Assembly: GCA_904063045.1 (NCBI GenBank)
Contig: CAJFCJ010000001.1
Coordinates: 558,001-622,000 of the forward strand
Source of the DNA: Dimorphilus gyrociliatus
Lineage: Eukaryota > Animalia > Annelida
Reading direction: 5' to 3'
DNA: 64,000 nt
Positions within the stretch are counted from its first letter, which is position 1. The number at the start of each line of letters is the position of its first letter. Of the stretch, positions 31,042 to 44,200 are shown one piece after another. A program made the translations under genes and the position numbers. The notes beneath the pieces are model-generated. The model was given only the letters and a program-made list of their open reading frames with translations. It had not been told where the DNA came from and did not search any database.

Positions 31042-31423
31042 ATGGCATCTAAAGTACAATCTCAAGCCAAAATGTCTCAAATCCAGCGACAAATCCAACA
31101 AGATTGGGCTAATAGAGAGTACATTGAGGTGATGACTTGTAATATTAAGAGAATTTCGGATTTTCTGAACGCGTTTGGTGAGTAAAGCATTACTTGGGAC
31201 TTGATGCCAAATTTCGTGCAAACCATTTATTCGTATTGTAAATAAAATTGTAGATTCTTCTTGTCGGGCAAAGCTGTCCACACTTAATGAAAGATTGACA
31301 ACTTTAGAAAGGCGGGTCGAATATATTGAAGCAAGAGTAAGTATTCGATGAGTCAACTTATAAGACAAAAATATATTATCTTTATTTCTTCTTCAGATTA
31401 GTAAAGGTGAAAATCTGTCTTAG
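31042..31423 (+). CDS. BRK1: BRICK1 subunit of the SCAR/WAVE complex
   Basis: Three exons: [28 protein letters not shown]|[28 protein letters not shown]|ISKGENLS*. Confidence 0.97.
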
Positions 31424-32148
31424 AAATTTAAAAAACACTTCATTATTAACACTTTCCCGCTTTTTTTTACAAATTCATCTTCAAGATTAATGAACCCGGG
31501 GGGTTTTGGTGCTTTTTTTAATCTTCATTGCTTTTTTTGCTTGGCTTTTATCATTCTTAGATACACTACCTCTTACTTGTTATAACACTTTTATATAGGT
31601 GGAAAAAACTTTCAAGAAACAAGTGTTGATGAAGACCCTACAGCTCCTTTTTCTCCATCATCAGCCGACTAGAATAGTTTGCTTCAAAAATTACATAAAG
31701 TATTGCCTATTTTTTTATAAAGACGTCTTTAAAACATCTTTTTTTATAGTAAACTTATTAAAAGAATATTTTTTAAAATCTTGCCTAAAAAATACAAAGG
31801 AAAAAAAATTTAACGCATTTGTAGAAATGTTTTTTTTTTTCAAAAAAAAAATATAAAAACAATAACAATCAATAGGTTAAGTTGTAGTCTATTTGTTAAA
31901 TATGCAACATGTATGAATATTTACATTTAAGTCTCCTTTTTGTAAAGAGATACAAAGAAAACTTGGCCATAAAGTATATATTAAATTACTAAACAAAATA
32001 TAAAAAACAAAACTAGCACAGCTGAATTAGAAATACTTAATATAGTTAAATACTCTAAACATAATAAATATATATTTATATATAATATAAAAACTTAAAT
32101 AGAGACTTAAATAACTTGCTAAAGAAAACGATATAAGGATTATTTTAT

Positions 32149-34954
32149 TCACTTACCAGAACTGTTAAGAGGCTTCAAGATTTTACCTAAAGGAGTATTC
32201 TTTGAGGCTTTATCATTGTCTGCCTTAAAGGATACATTTACTGTATTTATATCTTCACCATTCACTCTTGGTGGTTCCGATTGTGTTGAGTGCCTACGGC
32301 CATTGCCAGTCCATACTTCTTTTGATTTTTTGAAGACGACTAATTCTTCTTTTGTTGAAGGTGCTGACATTCTTGGTGTTGTTACTTTACTTCGACTAGT
32401 CGAATAACCTCCAGCAGGTCTTTTAAGTTTCAATAGTTCTTCTTTAGCCTCATTTAAAGCTTCAGTTAGTTCAAATCGTTCCTCGCATTCTTTTCTAACA
32501 GTTTCTTGTAGAAATTGAATTTCTGTACGACTCTTCGAAAGCTGATTAGTTTTATTTTCTAAATCCTCGCTGATCATCTTGATTTCTCTTTCTAATTTTT
32601 CGTTCTTCTCTTTAAAATCTCTCAAAACTTTATCATTAGACGCATTCGCTTGATCTGGAAAGAATATACTTTAAATTGATTATTAGACATAAGTAACAAC
32701 AACAGATACTTTGTTTACTTTCCAAAGTACGTATAATAGCTTTTAGCTGCTCTATCTCTCTACGAAAACCAGCCTCATTTTCGCAATTTTTCGCTTTAGC
32801 TTCAGCTAATTTCTTATGTAGATGATTAATCTCATCCTCAAACTTTCCCTGAGCATTTTTAAGAATCTAAAGAATTAGATTTGACATTACTATCAATCTG
32901 TTAGAAAAGTAATAAAAGCAATATCTTTACTAGGTATTCTTGTTGTCTATTCTCATTTTTGTAACTTTCCAGTAGTTTATCGTGCTTTTGACGTTGAATT
33001 TGTAATTGCTGGAATTAGTTAGACGATCTTAATAAAACATTAACGGCATTAAAAAAAACATTAAAACAAACCAAATCGTATTGTTCTTTTAGTTCATTTT
33101 CTAATTTACTTAGTGATATTGCGTGTCTACTCTTTTCAGTTTCTAATAGTTTTTCAAGCTATAAATGTTTTAATAAAACAGTTTTATTACTAATATCAAT
33201 ATAAAAAATCTTATCAATAGATATTTACTTGTTTTGGAGACTTTTCAGCTTCTGCTATTTTCTTTCTATAACTCTCTCGAAGCTCTTCCATTCGATTATG
33301 ATGAGCGGTAATCAACACTTCTCTATATTATATAATAAATAATTTAATAAAATTTATAATAAAGATAAAAGAATTATCAAACCTTTCTTGCTTTAAAGCC
33401 TCATTGTCATTCTTACAAATTTGCATTTCGCTCAATAATTCATTAACCTTGTCTAAAAATTTTAAATATTATTAAGAAATTAATGAGTTCTCATTTTAAA
33501 ATTAATTAGTTATTTCCCAAATGTACCATTGGTTAGAGATGCTTGTCGCCTAGCAGATTCTTCTTCATTCTTTCTTTCTTGTTGAATTCTTCTCAATTCT
33601 GAGCACTCTTTTATTCTTTCTTCTAAAATTTTTTCAGTTTCAGAAACTTGATTTTCTAAGCTACAAAATAAAGAGTGTAAATATTTGTTCAATATTGATA
33701 AATGCATTTAAAACTATCCACTTTCTTTAGACAAAGAAAAGTAGAACAATATACTAACAAATTGCATCTTTCTTCAACTGAAGCTTCCTTAGCTCTTCTT
33801 TGACTAATAATATTTTCTAAATCAGATATTCTAGTTCTAGATTGATGATCTCCCTGATTTTTTTCCAATTGTAGCAGTCTAATTTGGTTATTAAGATTTT
33901 CAACTGTTTCATTTAAAGCTATAAAAGAATAGAGTTAAAGTTTATTTCTATATGAAATGATGTTTTTCCGCTCTTTTTCTACCTCCAATACGTATTTCAG
34001 AATTCTGAGCTGAATTCTTCCATTTATCCAAATCTTCGCTGAGCTTTTCGTTAAATCGGCATTTTTCTATTTCTTTTTCTAACGTAGTATTTCTTAATTG
34101 AATTGATTCGACTATTTCCTGATTCGATCGATCAGCTGCCAATGATTTACGTATTTAAGCCCCCAATAAGATAATATCTTTTATTAAAGTTTTACTATTA
34201 TTCTATTAATACCATACCTTCGTTTATTTTCGAAATATAGGCTTGAACTTTGTCAAAATTATTATAAAAAGAGTCATTCGACCTTTGGCAGTCAGTTTTA
34301 AAATTATATAAATCATTTTTCAAACTAGACAGATTGTTCTGAATACCATGGAATTGTTGAATTATTTCTCTATCAATGTTTGCATTTGACTATAATCTTA
34401 AAAGTAACGATAAACGAATAATACAAACTTGTAAGTTTGAATAGTAGCATGTTGATTTTCTCTATCGATCTTTAAATTCTCTAGTTCTTCTTTTATAGGC
34501 TTCAGAGTCATTAATTGATTTTGAAGAGTTTCTATTCTACATGATATTAATCAAGAATAAAAGTACTTTACAATGCACTTAATATAGTTTTGTATAACCA
34601 ACTTGAAATCTCCTTCTTTTAATTTTGATTTAACAGCCACTAAGTTATTCTCAGCTTCTCTTGCTCTTTCCCAGGCTTCTTTCTCACGGTCTTCACACCC
34701 TTCCAGGTGCTTTAGCCTATTGTATTGAAGTTTATTAAATAATAATAGAACTCTTTTATTCAGATTAACAACCTTTCTTCCGTAAGTTTCAGTTTGTCCT
34801 CTAGAGCTTTTATTTCATTGTGTATTAAATAACTTACACCGCAAAATTTACAAACAGTCTCATCTCTTTCCATATCTTGAATTTCATCAGGCAAAGGATG
34901 TTCCGGAGCTTTATAATCTATTTTATAATTTGTTGAATTTCCTCTCTCAGTCAT
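32149..34954 (-). CDS. LEKR1: Leucine-, glutamate- and lysine-rich coiled-coil protein (LEKR1-like)
   Basis: N-terminal HPLPDEIQDMERDETVCKFCGVSYLIHNEIKALEDK matches the LEKR1 signature, followed by many short coiled-coil exons. The 3' end is uncertain because GGTAAGTGA at ~32149-32157 could be a stop or a splice donor. Confidence 0.8.
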
Positions 34955-36165
34955 TTTTATATTTTCTTTTGTTTCTCTAATTTTTTATATTGCACTCGAA
35001 AAAAAGAACAGTTTAAAAGTTTGCCATTTCAACTTTAAAAGTCAACGTAAAGAATTCTTTCAACAGCTTTAATACAAGTAAACAATTATTTAAAAAAAAT
35101 AAAACATTACGGATAGACTAAATAATCGAAACAAGATTAGATTTGATATAAAACTGCAGAAGCTCTCATTTGTTTACAAAACTTCATCATGTGTCCAAGG
35201 CTGGACTCTTTTACCCAATCGAAAGTTAGAGAAAATGCACCGCAAGTGGCGCAACTATTCGAGAAGATTTCTTGTAAAATATTATTTTTTGTCCAATGAA
35301 CGATCAGTTAACATATTTCTAACTAATTTATATTTTAACATTTAAATTCATGGTAAATTCAAAATTCTCTCAGCATCTATTTATTTTAAATGCTATGTAT
35401 ATATTAGTATATATTAAAGCTACTTTATTGACTAAGAGATTCAATATATTATATTATAAATGTTTTTATTGCAAATAAGAAAAAAGTATTTAGAGTAAGC
35501 CCCAGTAAAAAGTGAAACCAACTATTTTCTTTGACAGAGAATAATGCACAATAAAACTTTTACTTTTGATGAAATCTGCAAATATTTAGGTGAAAAAAAG
35601 GAATTACTTAAATAATACAACTTTTTGTCAAGATATTTCCTTTTTCTACCAGTTTTTTTTATATTGAAACAAACTAAATTGAATATCGTTCTAACAATAA
35701 TTGTGATGTCCCTTGAAAGGAAACATAACAGTTTATTTATCGATATCTTGGATTATTAAGAAATATATTGCTTTCCCAATATAGTTAAGGTATCTACATT
35801 CGTTATATAGGTTTTATGAAAATTTCCGCTGACAGTTAGTCCACTAGTCATTCTGGAACAATTCGTTAATAACTTATGATTTAAAATTTTTTTTAGAGGT
35901 TGCTACATCTGTATACTATTTAATCTCAAAAGTAACAGTTAATGTATAAGAGCGGTTCTTTAAAATGCAAACTCTAGATTTCTTATACATGTTTTATAGA
36001 GAAAATAGTTTAGAGTATAGTTTAATATTCCTTATTAAAAGTAGAAAAAAATTCAATTTGGTTAGTTCTCTAAAATGAATTTTTATTTGATTTTTACAAA
36101 TTTCTTTTAATCTTATCTAATTACAAATCTTATTTGTGTGGTAATAAAGGCTAATTGGATAAAAT

Positions 36166-37745
36166 ATGAATTACGGTGACTATCCACATCCAACACACCA
36201 AAATAAATTCGGTGGGAAAGTTCCACCAAATCGACATTGGAATAGACAAGATAAATCACACCAACCTTATCAAAGGAAGTCATTTGAACATAAGACTAAA
36301 TATGAAAAAGATCAATTGAAACATCCTACTGCGAACACTTTGGAAACAAATTGCAGTTTATACACATCGAGTGCTTTTCCATATTTTCGTCATCCTCGTG
36401 AAATTGGATCTTTTTCAATGGATGAGAATAGAGAATACTTAAACAATAGAAGTCAATTACGATACTACAACGAAGCACAGGCAAAGTCAGGTACTTGTTA
36501 TGACTTGAAAGAGGGCTACGATACTTTTATATCGAAAGATGAAAATTATAAAGAATATTTAGATAGCTTATTGCAATTTATTACTTTGAATGTGGAAAAA
36601 TTTAAAGCTGTCAATCCTTTGAATGATAAAAGCCAAAAAGAAACGTATGTAAAGAAGTAGCTGTGATTTATGCAGGATATTAATATTTTCTTTTATTTAT
36701 TATTCATATAGTGATATATGTACGGATTTTGTATGTTGGAGAGGACTATTAACTAAAATATTAGGAACTCCTTATTTGGATCGTCAGCAAAATTCTTGGA
36801 AGCTTGCTGTTATTAAATATAGAAACTCGTATTATATGTGTGAATACGATACTGAAGAAAGAAAGCGAGAAGCAGAGAATATGACTGAAAAGCATAAAGC
36901 GATGAGTTATTGGGGATGGAAGTTTGAAAACTGTGTGTTGAGTGACACAGAAGATGGAGTACCTAATGCGGAAGAGCCCGTAAACAATAATTTATCATTT
37001 GTTTCAGTTGTCAGATCAAGATTGGAAAATCATTCGTTAGGTACAAATTTATTGAATATTTAACAATTCTTTAATAAAGTCTTTAAAAATTATTATCTAG
37101 TATACGGAGGGGAAGTGGATGGTTATGAGAAAAAACCGGATGGTTCTTGTCAATACATTGAACTGAAAACGAATTTAGCCTTAAAAAATATTCACGTTGA
37201 AAAAGGATTTAAAAGGTTTGTACTGTAATTCGTATTCCTCAAAAATTTATTAATTACATTTATAATAGAGTTAAACAGTTAAAAAATTGGCTACAATCAT
37301 TCCTGCTGAATATTCCAAAGATTGTTGTGGGTTTTCGTGATGACAATGGTATAGTTGATAATCTTGAGAGTTTTGAGACTTCAAAAATTCCAACTATTCA
37401 CGGAAAAAACTTTTGGGACGCTTGCGTTTGTTTTAATTATCTAAAAGAGTTTTTAGATTGGGTTAAAAGTATTGTTACTCACGACGCAGACGAAATTATA
37501 AGGTTCTAGATAAATTATATAGGAATTGTAAGATAAATTCATTTTTTCTTTTTAGCATGCCATATGTCTTTGAATTTGTACCTCATACTGGTAGAACTCA
37601 TTATCGGAAATGCTCAGAAGAAGAAATGTCTCAATACTGTTTTATTCCTAAATGGTACTTTGAATTCGTTGAAAATCATTTTAAATCTGATGGAACAAAC
37701 CTATTAAAATATAGTCGAAATTATCAAGAAAACGATCAAAGTTAG
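36166..37745 (+). CDS. DXO: Decapping and exoribonuclease protein (DXO/Dom3Z/Rai1 family)
   Basis: Five exons: FPYFRHPREIGSFS, DFVCWRGLLTKI, WGWKFE, GGEVDG, YIELKT, WLQSFLLNIPKIVVGFRD. Confidence 0.93.
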
Positions 37746-40700
37746 TTTAGCCAAAAACAAAATAAAAACAATAATTTTTGATTATATAAATTATACTAAT
37801 TCTTGAGAAATTTTTGAAGAAGATGCCCCTAATCTTGAGTAAGAAGCAAATCAATTGAATCCTTATACTTCTCAAGGAAGAGATGAATTGAATGAAAACA
37901 CTTTAACAAGAATAAAAGCAGAAGATCTATTAAATATTTTTGTAAATATACTGTATATATATAAATTTATGTATACTTTTATATATATATACTAATATAT
38001 GTATATGTTGTCGTTGTATTAAAAGTTAATTCATACAAATAGATCCTATTGTTTTTTTCATAGATTCTGTTAATATATTGTAAATAAAACTTTTAGTGTT
38101 AAATAAGATAAAAAGAACATTTATTATTATATAATACATTACTGTATTGCAATAGTAATCATCAGAGTACTTGTGAAAACCTTATAAGTTTATAAATTAA
38201 ACTTGGTTTTTGTCTATTATTATACTTTAGATATTAGCTACTGATACAAGACAAGATATCGAAGGTTTACAAGTATCCTATATATATATATATATATATA
38301 CAATATAATTTTATTGAAATTTAATGACGAAGATTAGATAACGGCTTGCAGTTTTAAGATTTTAGAGGGAAAATTTATCTTTTCATTCGACTTTGTCATT
38401 TATTATCTCAATCTTTCTCTACAGTTGAACCATATATGAGGCTATAGTTATTTAAAGAATTTATATAAAAATCTTAAGTTTAAATATCAAAAATGCAGGG
38501 GAAACTTACAAGTTAAATAATAGAAAACAAAACAAAACGAATTCACGGTCAGAGCATTTTTAAAACAAGCAATAAAAAACAGGTATGGTAGACTATTAAA
38601 TTTTCCCCTTACTTCTTTAAAATACTATTGTTCTTTCAGATAAATGTCGTTGAATCTTTCAAAGAGATAAATATTCATAAAAACTGTCCAAAATTTTTCA
38701 ATTTTTTATGCATAAATCCAATTGTTGAAAAGAAAAAATCAAATGAAAAGTCATCTTAAAAGTTAACCATTTCCATAAAAAGAAACATTTGATCCATCTC
38801 TATTTAAAGGAGAGTTATTACTACGGTAAAATATGAAGATCTCTTTCGTTCTGAAGAGAGAAAAGATGTGAGGTATATTGTATATAGTTCTTATTGTTAT
38901 ATCCGATTATTTACCAATTATGCATTGAATTTATACATTATCCATAAAGAAACGGAGGCCAAACTATTTAGATTTCTTCTTTACCAGTTTACCATGACCA
39001 AAATATTTATTAAATCTGTTTGCTTTCTTCTCTAACGAGAAAAACTTGAGGGAAAAATGAATAATATGCTTAAAAAGTAGGCTAAGACTTTTAATGAGCT
39101 AGATGATAAATTGACAAAGAAAGACGACCGTAAAACGAATGAAATTGAGAAGAAATATTGTTATATTACTATTAAATCCCTATATTCTTCTTCTTCCAAA
39201 ACTAACCACAACAAATGGATATTTTCATGCATATATATCATTTTCATATATTTATTGGTGTATAGAATATTCTTTTCTTTGTCTAAAACACAACACCAAT
39301 CAAAAATTTACAACACCAAACTAATTTCTAATTAGTACTATGATACTATTACAACTTACTATTACTAATTCTACCAATAATACTAACACATACTATGAAA
39401 CACAAACAATCAAAAGGGAAAAGACAATAGGTCTAAATATTGCATATATATATATATAATATAATAATATATTCAAAAATTTTGAACTTTTTTCAAAATT
39501 AAACTATTTCTTTTTTTGCTAAAAAGTTGTCTGCTCCTCTTTTTTTTCTTTTTGAAAAAAAAATCATTTTCTCTTTATATCAACAAGAAATTTTTTGTAT
39601 TTTATGTATTTATGACGTTGATATATAATATAAAATTAATAATTCAGTTTTCTCTCTCTCACCCTCTTTCCCTATATAGATATATATATATATATTAATA
39701 TATTTGGCACATTTGAAATTCTAAAGAGTTATATACTGTATATACTGTATATATATGTATCTTTTCAAAGTTTGTTCCTTGTTTCTAAATTATCTATCTT
39801 TCTTTCCTATATTTTTCTACAACCAATTAGCTACAAAGATAGAAATAAGGATAAAATTGAATGAAATATATGAAAAATTGATTAAACTTGACTATAAAAC
39901 TGATCTATATTAATTTAATCTAAATTAAAATTAATTATTAATAATTTCTAATTAATTTCGTGTAGGAACATTTCTAAGAATTAAAATTAGTATGCTAATC
40001 TAAATTCTAATTCTAAGTTTATAATTATCACATTTTACTAGACATTGAAAATAAACAATTCTATTTGAAAGAAGAAGAAGAAAAAGAGGAAGAAAACAAA
40101 TTTCTTTGTTTTTTTTAAAAAAAAAAGCATTACTTTTTCTCTCAATTTCAAACGTTGAACGATCGTTGTTTCCTTGTCAATTTTTCATCCAAAACTAAAT
40201 TTATTTGAGTATACTATTGCTTATTTATAACATTCTCAAAGAGCTAAATATAGTTGACCAATCAGTAATTGATTATTAAAAAGTCAACTCTTCCTATAGG
40301 TTACATATATTATAACTCCTCCTACCAGAGCTTAGTGTAAATATGCGAATAAAAATTAATATAAAAATTGGTTATAGTTTATTTATAAATAGCGATATAT
40401 AAAGGAAAAGATTACACTTCAATTTCTTATAGGCCGTTATTACCCAAATAGAAAAAATAGTTTGTCAATTAGTATTAAGTATTTAATGCTAATCTGATTA
40501 ATAAACCTTAATGAAATAAAATCTATATATAAATACATGACACCTCAATTTAGGATTAACTCAATATATCTAAGTTAAACCAGTATTTCCAAACAATAGT
40601 ACAATTGATATATAGTATGAGTTAAAATTATTTGTCAACGAGTTAATTGCTTTAGTGTTTGCTTACACGTTTTCAAATCAATAAGATTTTCTCAAGTTAT

Positions 40701-41252
40701 ATAAAATTCTTTAACTTTTTATATCTTTCCCTTATCATATAATAATTAAAAAAAAACTTTAACGCTATTTCTCTTATCATTCAAGTTTTCAATTTCATCT
40801 TTTTGTAACTTTTTTTTCTTTTTCTCTCGCTTAACCTTTCCTTTTTTTTCCTTTCTTTCTATAAACAACTTACAATCTTAAATTACATGTTTGTCATTCA
40901 TTCCTTCCAAAGGCTTTCTTTGAAATTCAACTTATTTTCCTTATATCTACTTCTTTTGATACTGAGATGAAAGGAAACTATTTCGAAATACTTAAATATT
41001 TTCTCTGTTTACAACGAACAGTGTTTTGTTTGTCATTTTAAGCTTAGAATAGAAGGAAAGAAACTGATTTATATTATTCCATTAAATTGTTGTTTTTGAA
41101 ACAAACAAACAAAAAGAAAGAAAAATATCAATAAAAAAATGCAGTGTCTTATAAAGTAAAGAAAAAAAGCCTAAAACAAAAATGAAGTGCCAACAAACAA
41201 GATGGAAAAAGTAAAATAATAAATTAATAAGTCAATAGTATAATTTAACATT

Positions 41253-44200
41253 TCAATCGGAAGAAGCTTGTTTGTCTTGTTTGTGTCTATGTTGTTTTTC
41301 CCATTCTAATTGCTTCTTCTTTTCGATTTGTTTCTCTTTTTCAGCTTCTTCTTCTCTCATTTTATTAACCAAATAAGTCACCTGTTCAGCTAGACTTTCC
41401 AGACGCATTTCGTTCGAATCTTCCTCATGTCTGAGCGATAGCGATCGATTTAGAGGAAAGAAATTATACTTCTCCTTTTCCAGCTAAGGCAAAGTTTAAA
41501 AATCCGTTTAAAAAAATCTATACAAGTCGTATAAATTACAAATAAAACTTACACATCTAAATACGTGGAGCTCCAAAGCCGTATAGTCATTTGACCTAGT
41601 TTCGTCGAGATGTATAAAGAAAAACAGATAGGCCCATTGATTGTGTTCCTTTTTTATATGTTCTTCGAAGCCCTAAGAATATTTGAGGAAGAAATTTAGA
41701 TAGGATAAAACAGAGATAATAGATAAGAAAAAAAACAAACTAACCCCTCCGTGATGTTCAAAATCATAGCTAGCCTTAGAACAAATAAAGCATGCAGATC
41801 TCATATCGTTATCAACTTGCCATTTGTTATCTCGCAATTCTGAGAATGTGTCGACGATGATACCAAAGATAATGTTCAAGCCGATTGTAGTGATAATCAT
41901 CCAAAATGTCAGATCTAGTATGACTTTATATAAATAATACGTAAATGTCTTCTCCTCGGGAATTGATAAAAAGTCATATATCCCAGTGATAAAACCATGA
42001 TGAAGAACAGTAACCGCACACTCATATAGAGTTCGACAGAATAATCCATTCTTTCCCGGATATAAATCTCTAAACGCAGCGAATGATATCAGAGCGTATA
42101 TATAAATGAAGACAAGACCAAACAAGAAGACCCATAATAAAGAATAACCGTTCTGAGTTACAGCCTGAATAGCTCTCCTCAACAATTGATTAAACTGGGC
42201 AATATGGAGTAGATGGAATGCAAAGAAATAACCCCAAAACACTGTGCCAAGTATGGAAAACGTAAACAATAAAAGATACCAAACTGTAGCGAAAGAGACA
42301 AGGTTCACTTGTAGATTACTTTCGTCTTTATCTTCATCGTCTTCCTCTTTCTCCGTCTCGTCTGATTTCTTAAAAAAATTGACTACGCTGTCAAATTTTG
42401 GTAAAGCCGGAGCATTCGTTATAAAAAATGATAATATCACACAAAGAGCAACAAGATTATGCAATCCTCCGAGTACATACGTAACAATAGGTGTTGAACT
42501 ATATCGATAATCTGGCTTTATAACTGAAGTCTTTTCATTCGCCTCCCAAGTTATCATAGTTAATAAAAATAATACAAAAGACAAGAAAATCATTATCATA
42601 TTGAATTGATACCAAAATTTTACAAAGAAACGTGAAAAGGGATTGCCGAGAACTTTTCTTGTATATTTAATATCTTTTATAATATCTTTACTCCAATCCA
42701 TAAAATCTCTCAGTTTATTACTCGGTGATGAACGATCAACTTCGTATTTAAATTTTTCTTTAACATCTTCCCTAAGAACGCTTTTATCCTTAACGCGGAA
42801 GTAGACTTTTTGAAGTTCGTCACCTTAAGATAGACATTAAACATCAATAGATTAGTTTTTATATTAATTCATTGATCTAAAGTAAAAAGAGAATTCTATT
42901 TTCTTTTACATACCTTTTACTATCTCAATACTTAGAGTTGACCTATCGTAAAATTTCCAGATTAAGCTTTTCTCTCCCTTTAAAGGATAGGTGGCACCAC
43001 TTAAGTCCAATACTTTCCTTAGGAAATGAAAATATTTGAAACCTAAGGCAATCAGATCATCTTTTGGGATAACTTCCTCGATTCTTAGGACAGTCATTGA
43101 TCGATTAAAACAGTCAACACAGACTGTAAATATACTTTCATTGTCTATTGCTTCAGCAACATCGTCAGCAATTCCTTGTCCATCAGGTAAACTCTCTTCC
43201 ACTAAAGCCGTTAGTAGATTAACAATAGCCTTCTTTAATTCCATAACGATCTCTGGATCGCAAGCTTGAAATTGGGCTCCTCTTAGCATAAAATTAATAT
43301 AATCAATTATTTTATTGTCATAAACAACCAGCTGATTAGATGTATTTCCGGATGTGAATTCTACCAAAGTGTTTAATAATTCGGTTACTAGTCCTATTGT
43401 ATTTTCATCAATTGATGAATAGAGTAAACTAAGGAATCCAGCAGTTTCCGATATTAAATTCACTGATTTGATATTATCAGGTTGTTCTCTGAGATAATCT
43501 TGTAGCGTTTTATTCTGACCGTCACACATTAGACCTAACAACTTGAGAACTAGTTCGATGTAGCCGTCATCTTCGCAATCGAACTCGTCAAGATTTCCCA
43601 TTGTCTCTCGAATCATTTGTTCAATCGCTTCATCTGTTAACTCCTCTCCATTGTTCGTCGGGGCTATTTGATTTCTTTTACTAGCTATCGAGGACACTCT
43701 ACGCTTAGATTTACCAAATGTTCTGCTGCCCATCGTTCTACTACCCATCGTTCTACTACCCATCATTCTGCTACCCAACATTCTACTTCCCATCGCTCTA
43801 CTTCCCATTATCCTACTACCCAACATCATTCTGCTTCCCATTCGATTGCCGGGTAGTTTATGGGAATTAAGATTCATGGATGACACACCCATATTTAATC
43901 TCGAACCAACAGCCAATGATCCGAAATTATTTGCCGCCATAACCTCCATTTCAGCCATTTTACCATCTTTCATTGCTTTTCTTAAGGCTTTCGCCTGATC
44001 GATTTCGAGTTTAATCTTTTCCTGATGTTGTGCAACTAAAGATCGTCTTTCTTTAATTGATAGGCTAGACAACTGCATACGGGTCTTAACAGCCAAGAAG
44101 AATTTCTCCTCTCTAGTCCCTAAGAAATATAATATAAGACTATCCTGAACCTTTTCATTACCACCAAACAGCATAACCGCCTGAAAAGCTAAAACTTCTC

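Noticed and set aside
35019-35033. Possible RFX X-box upstream of LEKR1 (GTTTGCCATTTCAAC)
   Set aside because: Both half-sites deviate from GTTNCC-AT-GGNAAC; too weak to call.
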